Source of the DNA: Octopus bimaculoides
Taxonomy: Eukaryota
DNA length: 64,000 nt
NCBI RefSeq assembly: GCF_001194135.2
Contig: NC_068986.1
Span: 46,809,254 to 46,873,253 of the forward strand
Direction: 5' to 3'
This document shows, in pieces, positions 24,850 to 38,514 of the stretch. The translations under genes and the position numbers were made by a program. The notes beneath the pieces are model-generated. The model was not told the origin of the DNA, made no database searches, and was given only the letters and a program-made list of their open reading frames with translations. Position 1 is the first letter of the stretch, and each line of letters begins with the position of its first letter.

Positions 24850-25080
24850 TTGTTCTCGTTTCACTCATTGAACTGCAAACATACTGGGTCACCGCCTTGA
24901 AGGGTTTTTATTGGATAGATCGGTCCTATTATCTATTTTTTAAAAATCAGTCACTTATTCTATCGGGCTTTTATACCGAACCGCTAAGTTACGTGGATGT
25001 AAGCACAACACTAGTTGTTAAGTGATTTGATGGCAAACATATACAAAGACATGCGCGAGCAACACACACAAACACACACA
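24850..25080 (-). mobile_element. SINE family 3, 3' half ending in (CA)n and a gap
   Basis: CACCGCCTTGAAGGG, TTATTCTATCGG and GAACCGCTAAGTTAC, as in the 18223 and 31741 copies. Confidence 0.75.
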
Positions 25081-25735
25081 NNNNNNNNNNNNNNNNNNNN
25101 NNNNNNNNNNNNNNNNNNNNNNNNNNNNNNNNNNNNNNNNNNNNNNNNNNNNNNNNNNNNNNNNNNNNNNNNNNNNNNNNNNNNNNNNNNNNNNNNNNNN
25201 NNNNNNNNNNNNNNNNNNNNNNNNNNNNNNNNNNNNNNNNNNNNNNNNNNNNNNNNNNNNNNNNNNNNNNNNNNNNNNNNNNNNNNNNNNNNNNNNNNNN
25301 NNNNNNNNNNNNNNNNNNNNNNNNNNNNNNNNNNNNNNNNNNNNNNNNNNNNNNNNNNNNNNNNNNNNNNNNNNNNNNNNNNNNNNNNNNNNNNNNNNNN
25401 NNNNNNNNNNNNNNNNNNNNNNNNNNNNNNNNNNNNNNNNNNNNNNNNNNNNNNNNNNNNNNNNNNNNNNNNNNNNNNNNNNNNNNNNNNNNNNNNNNNN
25501 NNNNNNNNNAGATATAGATAGAAAGATGGAGGAAGACAGATAAATAGATAGAAAGATAGATAGATAGATAGACAGATAGATAGATAGATAGATAGAAAGA
25601 TAGTCACGTCAGAATAATAGTAGACTTACTTGCAAAAAAGGACGTGTGCGTTCAATAATGTAATAATACAAAGAATATATATACATGTATACACACATAT
25701 ATGTACATACTTACATCTACATGTGTATATACATA

Positions 25736-26985
25736 TTGGGTAATCCCATAAGTAATGCGGTTTTTGCAATTGCTTGAACTAAAAGTTGGAGAGGGACGGG
25801 ATAAACTTGTATCAACTTGCTATAAAAGCAGGTAGTAATTTTACCTTATACCTATTCTTAGTGCAGGTTTTGAAGTGTGCAGTTCGATTTAAACAGTTAT
25901 TTTTTCAAAGCTATAATGGAAGTGACAAAGGAGCATATTCGGCATATTATGCTTCATGAGTTCAATAAAGGCAACAACGCAACAAGTGCAAGCAATATTA
26001 AATATGTATATGGGGATCGGACAATAAGCGTAAGCCAGTGTCAACGGTAGTTCCAGAAATTCCGAGTTCGAAACTGCAGCCTAGAAGACAAGCCTCGTCC
26101 TGGAAGATATATAGAGCTCGACGAGGGCGTCCTGCAAACTCTGGTGGAACAAAATTACATTGTAACTGCTGAGGAGCTAGCAGAGAAGCTTGGATTCAAC
26201 CATTCATCGGCACCTTCATGCTATCGGAAAAGTCAACAAATTAGGTCAATAGGTTCCTCAGAAACTTTCCAAGTCTAATCGCGCGTAGAGAGTGAACGCG
26301 TGGTCTCTGCTGTCACGTCGCACGGCTGAACATTTTTTGGACCGAATAGTGACTAGTGACGAGAAATAGGTTCTCTATGAAAATGTCAAGCACCGAAGAA
26401 AGGAGAAACACCGGCACCTTTGGCTAAAGAAGGTCTTCACTGGTGTAAGGTGTTGTTATCTGTTTGGTGGGATATGGAAGGTTTAGTCCACTTTGAACTT
26501 TTAAACCCAAACCAAATGATAACAAGGGAGATCTACTGTAAGCAGCTTGAGCAGTTTAAGTCAGTGCTGGAAGAAAGACGACCATCTTTCCTTTCAAGAC
26601 GGAAAGTGTTCTTCCATCAGGATAATGCTGACCACGTACAGTCAGGATGACGTTCCAAAGGCTGGAGCAGTTTGAATGGGAAACAATGCCTGACTCACCA
26701 TATTCTCTGGACATTACCCCATCTGATTATCATTTATTCCGCACTTTTCAAAATCATTTGGACGGAAAAAATGTAAATTCTGTAGACAAAGTCAGAACAG
26801 TACTGGAGGAGTATTTTTCGTCACGGACAAGTGAATTTTGAAAGAGGGGCCTTGCAAGTCTACCAGATATATGGAAGAGCATTGTAGAAAATGAAGAGTA
26901 TATTTAATTTTAAAAAAGAACTTTATCTTAATTTTGAAAAATAAAAGAAGTACAAAAACACCGCATTATCTATAGGAAGACCCAA
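25736..26985 (+). mobile_element. mariner DD34D transposon, near full length (1250 bp), non-functional
   Basis: Imperfect TIRs TTGGGTAATCCCATAAGTAATGCGG / CCGCATTATCTATAGGAAGACCCAA, with TA upstream. Transposase runs from ATG 25917 (MEVTKEHIRHI) through GQ*VPQKL, IVTSDEK*, SVWWD, FHQDNA and YSLDITPSDYHLF. Confidence 0.95.
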
Positions 26986-27690
26986 TGTCTGTGTGTATAT
27001 ATATATATANNNNNNNNNNNNNNNNNNNNNNNNNNNNNNNNNNNNNNNNNNNNNNNNNNNNNNNNNNNNNNNNNNNNNNNNNNNNNNNNNNNNNNNNNNN
27101 NNNNNNNNNNNNNNNNNNNNNNNNNNNNNNNNNNNNNNNNNNNNNNNNNNNNNNNNNNNNNNNNNNNNNNNNNNNNNNNNNNNNNNNNNNNNNNNNNNNN
27201 NNNNNNNNNNNNNNNNNNNNNNNNNNNNNNNNNNNNNNNNNNNNNNNNNNNNNNNNNNNNNNNNNNNNNNNNNNNNNNNNNNNNNNNNNNNNNNNNNNNN
27301 NNNNNNNNNNNNNNNNNNNNNNNNNNNNNNNNNNNNNNNNNNNNNNNNNNNNNNNNNNNNNNNNNNNNNNNNNNNNNNNNNNNNNNNNNNNNNNNNNNNN
27401 NNNNNNNNNNNNNNNNNNNNNNNNNNNNNNNNNNNNNNNNNNNNNNNNNNNNNNNNNNNNNNNNNNNNNNNNNNNNNNNNNNNNNNNNNNNNNNNNNNNN
27501 NNNNNNNNNNNNNNNNNNNNNNNNNNNNNNNNNNNNNNNNNNNNNNNNNNNNNNNNNNNNNNNNNNNNNNNNNNNNNNNNNNNNNNNNNNNNNNNNNNNN
27601 NNNNNNNNNNNNNNNNNNNNNNNNNNNNNNNNNNNNNNNNNNNNNNNNNNNNNNNNNNNNNNNNNNNNNNNNNNNNNNNNNNNNNNNNNN

Positions 27691-27771
<81 letters not shown>

Positions 27772-28014
27772 CATACACACATACGCCCACATTTACACAT
27801 ATGCACACACGTACATACGCATATACAAATATACATATATATGTGCATGTCCCCATACACACATATATACATATATATATATATAGATAGAAAAAGACAC
27901 ATACACATACACATACATATACATCTACGCCTATAACCAAATAAACAGATACGCATATACATAGACATACATGTATTCAAACACATACGTGAACACACGT
28001 ATGTACAAACATAC

Positions 28015-28325
28015 TGTTACGAACGCCCGCACGCGAAGCACCTCCTTAACCCCGAAGAGGGGACTCGCGCGCGCGCGAACGTTCATACGCTCAGTGAGAT
28101 AGCAACTCGTCTGTCGGTCACCTGACCGATAATAAAGCCCCGGCTGGAGCACGTAACGAAGAACAACACAGGCAAAAGGAGGGGAGGAAGAAACAACATG
28201 AAGACCATGCGTTGGGTAACCTTTTCTTTTTACATACATAACATCACAGAATACATTTAAAACATTAGAATAGAACATTACATAATAACAATTCAATAAC
28301 GTTGACAAAGTTTCCAAACAATTAC
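28015..28325. mobile_element. Probable LTR fragment, GC/CpG-rich, truncated by a gap
   Basis: Abrupt TGTTACGAAC terminus after a microsatellite, retained CpGs and AATAAA at about 28131. The second end is not visible. Confidence 0.4.
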
Positions 28326-29120
28326 NNNNNNNNNNNNNNNNNNNNNNNNNNNNNNNNNNNNNNNNNNNNNNNNNNNNNNNNNNNNNNNNNNNNNNNNNNN
28401 NNNNNNNNNNNNNNNNNNNNNNNNNNNNNNNNNNNNNNNNNNNNNNNNNNNNNNNNNNNNNNNNNNNNNNNNNNNNNNNNNNNNNNNNNNNNNNNNNNNN
28501 NNNNNNNNNNNNNNNNNNNNNNNNNNNNNNNNNNNNNNNNNNNNNNNNNNNNNNNNNNNNNNNNNNNNNNNNNNNNNNNNNNNNNNNNNNNNNNNNNNNN
28601 NNNNNNNNNNNNNNNNNNNNNNNNNNNNNNNNNNNNNNNNNNNNNNNNNNNNNNNNNNNNNNNNNNNNNNNNNNNNNNNNNNNNNNNNNNNNNNNNNNNN
28701 NNNNNNNNNNNNNNNNNNNNNNNNNNNNNNNNNNNNNNNNNNNNNNNNNNNNNNNNNNNNNNNNNNNNNNNNNNNNNNNNNNNNNNNNNNNNNNNNNNNN
28801 NNNNNNNNNNNNNNNNNNNNNNNNNNNNNNNNNNNNNNNNNNNNNNNNNNNNNNNNNNNNNNNNNNNNNNNNNNNNNNNNNNNNNNNNNNNNNNNNNNNN
28901 NNNNNNNNNNNNNNNNNNNNNNNNNNNNNNNNNNNNNNNNNNNNNNNNNNNNNNNNNNNNNNNNNNNNNNNNNNNNNNNNNNNNNNNNNNNNNNNNNNNN
29001 NNNNNNNNNNNNNNNNNNNNNNNNNNNNNNNNNNNNNNNNNNNNNNNNNNNNNNNNNNNNNNNNNNNNNNNNNNNNNNNNNNNNNNNNNNNNNNNNNNNN
29101 NNNNNNNNNNNNNNNNNNNT

Positions 29121-29315
29121 ATATATGGGAGAATATACAAATAATAACAACAGACGAGGACAGGTGATGTAAATAACAAAAGTATATATTAGTATGACGC
29201 TCGGGAATACGGAAAGTCTTTGACGTTTCGAGCTACGCTCTTCAACAGAAAGAATACGGAGACAAGGAGAAAAACACGGAGAAAAAAAATTGAATAGTGT
29301 TCAGTCAACGGCCAA
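29121..29315 (-). mobile_element. Penelope-type terminal repeat fragment carrying a hammerhead-like motif
   Basis: The minus strand reads TCTTT-CTGTTGA-A-GAGC-gta-GCTC-GAAA-CGTC-AAAGA. Confidence 0.6.
29217..29253 (-). ncRNA. Minimal type-I hammerhead-ribozyme-like motif (variant core)
   Basis: 5-bp stem I (TCTTT/AAAGA), 4-bp stem II (GAGC/GCTC), GAAA, palindromic ACGT in place of stem III, and a GTC triplet. The core is CUGUUGA rather than CUGANGA, plus one extra A. Confidence 0.5.
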
Positions 29316-29434
29316 CACATACACACACAGACGCATACATACATACACACACATACAGATATATGTACACATATACACACATATATACTTACAAACATAC
29401 ATACACACATCCACACAAGTATACATATATACAT

Positions 29435-29493
<59 letters not shown>

Positions 29494-30070
29494 CACAGAC
29501 ACACACATATACACATATACATACATTTACATACACATGTGGACATACACACTCACATATACATGTATACACAATCATATATACGCATGTATATTTACAC
29601 ACACATACATCTAAATATAGACATATATTTTTTATATAAATGTGGGCGTATGTGTGTATGTGTGTGTATATATATATATATATNNNNNNNNNNNNNNNNN
29701 NNNNNNNNNNNNNNNNNNNNNNNNNNNNNNNNNNNNNNNNNNNNNNNNNNNNNNNNNNNNNTGTATATGAAAGTATGTATGCATGTATGTATATGCATTT
29801 ATATGTATGTGTTGTCCAACCCACTATCCGGTAGCGTCCAATTCTCTAACGGTTTTTTTCAAATGAATCATGTCATAACCTTATCCATCTATTGTTTTCA
29901 TACTCGGTCATAATGTCTTACGTTTAAGATGATTCCCATGCATTCCCTGAAGAGAAGGTTACAATTTTAACATCACAGATTCCTATGGATCACATAGGTT
30001 GTAATCCTTTGAAACATATGTAGGAATAAAGTATGCAGTTATAACATGCGTTTTCTCCATTCCTTAAATT

Positions 30071-30100
<30 letters not shown>

Positions 30101-30101
<1 letters not shown>

Positions 30102-30202
30102 GACAGGCTTCTGTTAGTTTACGTCTGCTAAATTTTCTCACAAGGCTTTGGTTGATCCAAGGCTATAGTAGAAAACACTTGATCAAGTTGCCGTGCAGTT
30201 GC
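30101..30202 (-). mobile_element. SINE family 3 fragment next to (TA)n
   Basis: CACAAGGCTTTGG and GGCTATAGTAGAAAACACTT in reverse orientation. Confidence 0.7.
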
Positions 30203-31740
30203 TTCCAGTGACTTATTGACTCCTTTAGAAATATAACTTCATAAACACATTACTATTTTATTTTTGATAAGAGCATTTCGAGTTATTCTCTGTTTGCTTA
30301 GGTATTTGTTGGTGGTCAATGTCTGCCCAGACACTGTGCTTTGCAATTTCTGTGCTTTGCTATTTGCTATTTCTGTACTAAGTTTTTCTCTTATAGGATT
30401 GCAAGCCAACGAGGGAGCTTCTAGAAAGTTGCTCGAAAGATTCCATCAAACTACAACTTAATAACTTAAAAACCGGACACTTTAAACGGCGACTTAGTCG
30501 TACAAAAATACAGGTTAAACAACAGTAATGATTTACATAATAAAAGCTATTAATCATATTTAAGTAAGTTGATAAAGTTTCTAATATATTTTTGGAGGAG
30601 ATATCGGCTACTATTTTACTTTGCTAAAGATATTCAGTTTATTTTATTACTGCTGAAGGAATTTTGCAAATAAGCTAAATGTTTGGTTTCTGATTTCTCC
30701 CGTTGGTATTATATCGTAAGTTTGTTTTTTTTTTGTCAATTTCTTTAATATCCTCTTCGGTAGGAAAGACACGGTTCTTCACTATAATCAAATCTGAGAT
30801 GCAATGTGTCCATATGAAAACTCCATTAATGTTTCATTAATCTTCACTTTATTAATCTTAGGTCATGTGTTTTCTTCAAAATAAAAAGCAAACAAAGAGA
30901 AACTATATTAAAAATCTAAAGTTCACTTTTAATATATTTCTGTAAAAGAAAATCAAATGAACACTGGCTCATCCTTATTGTAAAAGTTTGACTAAGAAGA
31001 AACAATATATGTGGTTAGACTGACGTCACAATAGCGTTCAAGGGCAAGTCTATAGACTTCGGAATAACTTCCAGAGTTACGCCTAAGAAGTAGGTAGAAA
31101 AATTAAACATGTCGTGTGTAATATCTCATGCACTTATGGTACGAAAGAACCTGAAAATCACAATAACAAATTATAAAACAAGAAAATTAGGAGTGCTCAA
31201 CACAAGTGGTATGAACAAGAAAATTCATGAGTCAATGTGGTGTAAAATATTCTTTATAAATGAAATCTCACAACAGAGATCTCTTTAGCTGCTGAGAACC
31301 TAAGCAGTATGCTCTAACATCGCTTATAATTTTCATTATTGAAAATTTTAATCCAATATTATTTCCGTTTCTAAAAATATTTTTAATTTAACCAAGGAAG
31401 ATTAAGGTTAATACAGTGGAGACTGTCGGACTCTGGACTAGGTACTTCACATCTCGCTTGATTTCGCACTTTGCTGGGCTCGAATTCTGCATGTGTTGAC
31501 TTTATAACATTCAAATAAATAATTAAGTTGATAGTTAAATATTTCATTCACTGATATTGTATGAACATTATTGTTTGTAGTATTACTAGGGCGCTAAGAA
31601 GAAGAATCGTTAAAGCATTGGACAAAAATACTTTATAGTATTTTGTTCCAGCTTCTAACTTTTGAAATGAAATCACACTGACGTGAAGTTTGTCTTTAAT
31701 CTTCAGTCTTGTACCTATGTTACAAATCATTATTTTTTCT

Positions 31741-32083
31741 CGGACTCAGTCCCACTGAGTGGCACCTTGGACAAGTGTCTTCTACTATAGCCTCAGGCCT
31801 ACCAAAGCCTTGTGAGTGGATTTGGTAGATGGAAACTGAAAGAAACCTGTCGTATGTGTGTGTTTTGTGTCTGTGCTTACACCCCGACCAACACCACATC
31901 GCTTGACAACCGATATTATTGTACTTACATCCTCGTAATCTAGCGGTTCGCCAAAAGAAGGCGATAGAATAAGTACTAGGCTTACAAGGAATAACTCTTG
32001 GGGGCGATTTCTTCGACTAAAATCCTTTAAAAACCTCCAGCATAGTCGCAGTCAAACGACTGAAACAACAAGTAAAAGAATAC
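31741..32083 (+). mobile_element. SINE family 3, near full length (CORE-like segment, central GT-rich tract)
   Basis: CAGTCCCACTG head remnant, GGCACCTTGGACAAGTGTCTT, central TGTGTG tract and AAGTAAAAGA tail. Confidence 0.85.
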
Positions 32084-33885
32084 TATTACATATCTAGTCG
32101 GAGTTTCAACCTGATGTCTCTATCATGATCAACCTTTTCTTGTCATTTAAAATTGCCAGTTCAGTACTTATAGTTACTAAATTATGGGCTCTATGGTAAA
32201 ATTTAATTGTTTCAGTTAAGTTCTGCAAGTTGTTGTTCCTTTTAGTATAAATAATAGTTTGTGATGACATACAGCTGTCGCTTTGTTGCTTAACTTCAGT
32301 CAGCCGTCTTCGAGGACACCTATATTCACAGATTTTCACCCATAACCACACGAGTTCATTTGTTTGTGGCAAAGTTTATAACAGTGTCCTTCCTGTTTTT
32401 AAAGTGGCTGGACATGATATGATGATCAGTTGGTTGGTATTTCTACTATATTGGTCGACCACAGAGAAGTTCGTATATTAGCTTGTTGTATGCAATAATC
32501 TTCAGCAAAAGTGATATGAAGGATATATCTAACACTGAATTTATATAGTTTCTTTACAACTTCACTTGGAACAACCATATTCTTTTGTCTTTTAAATGAG
32601 TGATCACGCCTAAGGTTGTTGTTGTACAGATGTCCAGTACATAATAGAGAAAAGTAAACTCTTTACTGTCTTGCACTGTATGTGACAGAACTTCCTTTGA
32701 ACTTTATTTTTATGTAAGGTTCAATGCAAATAAACAGAACTCCGTTGCACCTTTTGTAAGGCGCCGACGTCTAGAATCAATAACTTTGAAGTTCATTTTC
32801 GGTTTGTTTTTGTTTAGCCACGGATTAACTTTGAGGAAGAAAGAAACCCATACCTAAAAGCCTTTCAATTGTCACCATCTAATATTATTTCCAAATCATA
32901 TCTTGAATACATTACCTAATCTACTTTGGTTTCTATGAGACGGTAGGCTGTGATTTAAGGAATATATAGTTATTGTTTCTAGTAGACTGTACGGCTATGT
33001 AGAGTTTCATTTGTTGAATAGTCAATTTGTATGTCAGCGATTTCTGCTTGACTCCTAATGGAACTGCTTACAATGGTCAATCACAATCAGCTAAAACTTT
33101 TCAAGAAGGAATAATTGAAAAGGCCTGTGATCAGAAGTTTTAGAAGTTTCATTTTGCTATCACTCTTCCAAAGGTACATGTGTACTTGTGAAGTTTGATT
33201 TCGCTTTGAATTTTTTTCACCCATAGCTATTCCTCATTTGATATATTTTCTTGGCTTCTTTAGGAGATATCATTAGGTATAAAGAACAGAATGAAGTTGT
33301 TTTTATGAAATCTTTCCTCAGAATATCATTAAATTTTAAAATTCAGATTACATTTAATCGTGCTTTGATTATTTCATTTGAATTAAGTATTAAGAATCAT
33401 AATGGTTATAATTATTCGAGCGGCAGTAATACAGATTAATTAATCTTAGGTATGACTTTAAACAGTAGATTCAGGATCTAGGGTTGGAATGAAGTTACCT
33501 TTTAACGGACAATATTCGTATATAAGTGCTGACAAGCAACAGTTGCACCTGCAAGAATTTCAGAGTACATTGCATTACTATATCACCTTAACTCAATATA
33601 GGGTCCTGAAGTTTGCAGCACTAATCCAGCTATATGCCATGCAGATGAGCATGTAATACACCAATGGATAGAAAGTAACATTTGCCTCGGGAACTCCAGT
33701 AATCATCCTTGTTCAAACAGTTCAAACGCTATGGTGCAACACCCAAACAGAAAAGGAGCTGCTATCTTGCAGATTGGATTATGGTGATCAAAGACTAAGG
33801 GTTCAGCTCCGACATAAAAGGATTGCTGAAGGTATTGCGCCCTCTGTAGACTATCATAAAATTGTCATGATGTGTGTTTATAATT

Positions 33886-34274
33886 TTGTTGTTGTTGGCA
33901 CTCCGTCGCTTACGACGTCGAGGGTTCCAGTTGATCCGATCAACAGAACAGCCTGCTCGTGAAATTAACGTGCAAGTGGCTGAGCACTCCACAGACACGT
34001 GTACCCTTAACGTAGTTCTCGGGGATATTCAGCGTGACACAGTGTGACATGGCTGACCCTTTGAATTACAGGCACAACAGAGACAGGAAGTAAGAGTGAG
34101 AGAAAGTTGTGGTGGAAGAGTACAGCAGGGTTCGCCACCATCCCCTGCCGGAGCTTCGTGAAGCTTTAGATGTTTTCGCTCAATAAACACTCACAACGCC
34201 CGGTCTGGGAATCAAAACCGTGATCCTATGACCGCGAGTCCGCTGCCCTAACCACTGGGCCATTGCGCCTCCAC
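33886..34274 (-). mobile_element. SINE family 2, full length (~390 bp) with a (CAA)n tail
   Basis: Complete from the tRNA-like head to GTCGTAAGCGACGGAGTGCCAACAACAACAA. Confidence 0.95.
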
Positions 34275-36899
34275 GTTTGTAATTAGAGCTAGCGTAAAAC
34301 AACATTTAACTTATCTCAATTGATGTCACTTAATAAAGATAATGCGTTATTATGTTTCTTTGTTTTTCAAACATACTCTATGCGTTTTATAGAATGATTC
34401 TATAATGCAGAAATTATAGGACATATGATTCTGCTATACGGTTTTATTCCAGAACATCCAATTTAGATGTCTGCTGATATAATCGTGCCTTCCGGTTTAA
34501 CTTTCAGTCGGAAATATTTTGCTCAACAGGATATGTTCAGAAATTGACTGCAAGAGATAGCATTTGAAGAAAACCAAATTTGAATCTTATCAAGTCAAAA
34601 GTCGAAAGTGAATTTGAAAGAAATAAGCATGTTTGACACATATTACCAAGGCAACAATTTTACAGATCGTTCCTTCAACACGATAACTAACATTTGTTAC
34701 AGCTGGAAGATGTTTGAAAAAACTTCAGTTCATAATGACTTCACACTGCTTTCTTTTAAGATGACAATAGGAAAGATAGTTTGTGGAACTTCTGCAAAAT
34801 GAAATTGTCAAAAATATAAAACGGATGGTAGGTTTTGCTGAGAGCAAAAATATTGAGTATGTAGAAACTGCACAGGAGATTTTGCATTGAAAATTTAAAA
34901 AAATAGCAGAAATACCACCCCGCGTTTTCTGTTTTCTACAATTCATTTTAGGAATACGCATGATATGTATGTATGTATGCGTGTATGCACATACACATAT
35001 TTTATTAAATACATGACTGATTCAAGTTCTATTTTTTTTATTTTAGATTTTCCACATATTCTTATTATAATTTTAAAGCTAGTTTGGAACAATAGTTCTC
35101 GATTTAAATTCGACTTCTCTAAACTTTCACAATTTCAGTTTCAAGAATTGAAAATATAATGTATCTATGTTGTTTTTTATATAACAATTCTTTCAAAACT
35201 GGAGAGTGGAATAGAGGAAGTTGACCTCAGATCGCAAACCGGGTACGAATGCTCGAAACAGAGTGGACTCTGCTAAAAGTACTCAAAATGACAGGAGGTG
35301 GTGTTAATAACGGTCACTGATTAAGTAAATCACCCCAAAAGCCATGGCGGGATTTTAAATACAAATTGCAAAGTGGTAGAACAAATACCAAGCGATAACC
35401 GTCCGATGGTATTGCAGTTCCGTCATACTTATTTATCGACTCTGTAAGGACAAAAACAAGCTTGGCAACTATAAGAATTGAAATCAGAGTCCCGAGTGGA
35501 AGTACAAATATCTTGATGCATTCTATTCGATGCTCTAAGGACTCAAATTTACTGCTTGTTGTTTTTACAAACTATGCATTTGTTATACTTTAATTCATTA
35601 CTTACACTAAATTAAAGTGTCCTATAGTTTACTTTCACAATTATAAAAGCACACATTATCACGTTACTGGAAGTTCATTTTTTACACAACGAATTGAAGA
35701 ACATAAATATTAATAGTATTTTATTTATTTATTTATTTATTTATTTTTCAAAAACGTAGTTGTTACTCGACGTTTAAGAAATAGAAACTAAATTAGGTTT
35801 AGAAAAGAACTTATTTTAACATATAAGATAATTGAATTTTCACATGAATTACTATTTTACAATACTTCTTTGTTATCCTCTCTTATAGTCTGAGTAAATT
35901 GTTAGCTTAATAAAATTAAATTTCTTTCTCAAAATACTTTTTGTCATTTTATATACTGGTGCTGTAGTCATAAATCATTAGTTTACAGTTGATCTTTGAA
36001 ATGGAATAGCACTAGAGTCTTATTGATATTATGACGTGGAGTTCAAATCCTTTTGGGGTCAATGAAATAACTACTATTTAGGTACTGGAAACAATTTCAA
36101 TCGGTTGTATGCTTTCCAAAACATGTGAGGCCTTGAGCCTATGAAATCAATATTATGGTGACATAATGTTTCTTTGACGTGAGGCACAATGCTTTAGACA
36201 CTCTAAATGTATGAAACGGAGTTAATTCTTACAAGATCGGGCAACATAGTTTTAAAAAGTGGCAGAATGGTAGAAACAGTAAAGCATTGGGCATGTCGTC
36301 ATGTTCAGTTGCCTCCTTTTGCATTTTCTAACTATAAATCGCCATCAAAAGCTATAAGTACCATTTATGTACCAAATCGATTATGATTATGATCCTCCAC
36401 TACAATCTGTAGTCACGTAACAATGTGATAAAAAATATTATGTTAACAATATATATTAAAATAATCTATAAAACAGGCTGGTTTAAATTTTGTGCAAATC
36501 TGTTTTCAGATAAATTTTATTTTTATTTTAAAGTGATTCTGTATATATAAAAAAAAAAACGATATAATTTGCAGAGGGTTCTTTCTAAATTTTATTTTAT
36601 TTTTTCTAGTGCAAAAATAAGCAAAATCTTTTAACTGTTCCTGTTCAGAGATATCTGTTGGCAGCTGATTAGCAATATTGTCTCTAAAAACAGACAGATG
36701 AAATTACTGGCGTCTGTGTCTTTCTCAAGAACATTAGAAGAGCAAGTGAAATCACAACCGCTCGCAATTGTATATGAGTAGAAGTCTCGTTTCACCAGAA
36801 GTTTATCTCTTATACTATAAAGTTATATTAATATAGCATTTTTTAGTTACCTTAAAATTTATTGACAGCTATTTTGCCAACCTACAACAAATATTTCAA

Positions 36900-37300
36900 T
36901 CCCCATCAAATCGAGTTACCTTGTACCTGCTCTTTCTCTCGCTATAACGTCCTTTCGTTTACGGAGCATCACCGCCCTACACGGTCAGAGCTAATTTTTC
37001 CATATCGGGGACTGTTTACCCTGCACCACCAAAAGGGTCATCTAGTGCATTTTACATGTTGTGGAACGAAGCTGAATACATTAGGGAATAATTTGTTGAC
37101 GTTCAACGTAACAAGAATCATTTACCTCTCTAGCCCACAACTTCAAGTCTCAGAATACTCTTACCTGTAGCTCACAGTTTTTAAGCATGTACAGTACCAC
37201 GAGACCACCATTTTCCGGTATTGTTGGGTACAATAGTTATTCTACGATTTAAAGAGAATTGCCCCATCTATGAATAACTGTCTAGTTTTCCGTTAACCTC
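36900..37300 (+). mobile_element. Penelope-like GIY-YIG endonuclease C-terminal remnant
   Basis: Frameshifted translation gives FTCTTKRVI*CI, YIRE (YIGE-like), KNHLPLAHNF and VILRF..IAPSMNN, followed by a C-rich low-complexity tail to about 37760. Confidence 0.55.
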
Positions 37301-38332
37301 GCCTCTCTCTCACACACACACACTCGTGCGCGCTGATAAATGCCCATACATGTTTATCACACTACTCCTTTGATATTTTCCACTACCCGTTTTCTAATCC
37401 TCCATTTTCACTCATTTTACCACCCATCTATCACAGACCAACCCACACACGCTATGATGCCTTGTTTGTACAACCCTTGCAATACAAGCTTTATTCACAC
37501 CCACACCACCAATATAGACACATTCGCACATAACTTCTCCCACACAGTTAACTCCCAATTCTAACTCACACATGTACACCTACGTAAACTCAATCACACA
37601 TCATCTCTGTGCTCCAGTGCTGAATTATTTTCCTTAGCGCACGTTTGCTTTTCTCTGCTACAAACCATTAACTCCACTCCTTTCCTGTCTATCACTCCAG
37701 GCTGATTCATCTGTGCATTTCGCTTTACACTTTTTCGTTGTTTTCTTTTTAACTCTTGTCTTCTATACTAATACAGAACAAGTGTCTAAAAATCGATATC
37801 TCATCTATTTCATTTCATTCTCACAAAAGAAGGATAGATTAAATAAAATACTTAATCATTTGTTGATTTGATGAAGTTATCTCTACTTCTATACGGGGAA
37901 GACTAATCACTTGGTAGCAAATATTACAAACTTCAAATGAGAAAGAGAAATACTTTCAAGGACCAAGAATCCTCCGAAAGTGAGATGCCATTAAGAGAAC
38001 GAAAGACCAAATGTAATGCGGATGATGTCTAATAAGGAGTAAACACGGTCAAAGAGCTATTCTCTTGTCTTCCAACAATTAAAATGTCTTTTCCTTAATG
38101 AAATGTCTATTTTGTAAAATTCTCGGTTCTTCAGATTATCTCTCCTTCTCATTTGGAGTTTGTGCCAGTTGTCACTAAGTCATTATTCTACCTTCTGTGG
38201 AAATGACTGTGATTTCAATGAACCAAGGATATATTTCAGATATTCTTATTCGTCTTTGTTATCCAAATACATGCCACTGCATTTCAAGAAGGACATTATT
38301 TAAATTGTTTCTCTCAGCCCATTTTCGTTTCG

Positions 38333-38374
<42 letters not shown>

Positions 38375-38514
38375 TGTGTGTATGTGTGTATGTATACAAG
38401 TGTGTGTGTATGTATGTATATGTATGTATGCATTGATAAATATGTACATATAGATATATACGTATATATACATACACATATGCCCTTACATACAGACATA
38501 CATACATATAACAG

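Noticed and set aside
23601-29913. YI/CV/HT-repeat ORFs
   Set aside because: These are translations of (TA)n, (TG)n and (CA)n microsatellites.
3497-34274. tRNA-Arg genes
   Set aside because: The tRNA-like heads continue into a shared ~300-bp SINE body and lack a clean acceptor stem, so they are SINEs rather than tRNA genes.
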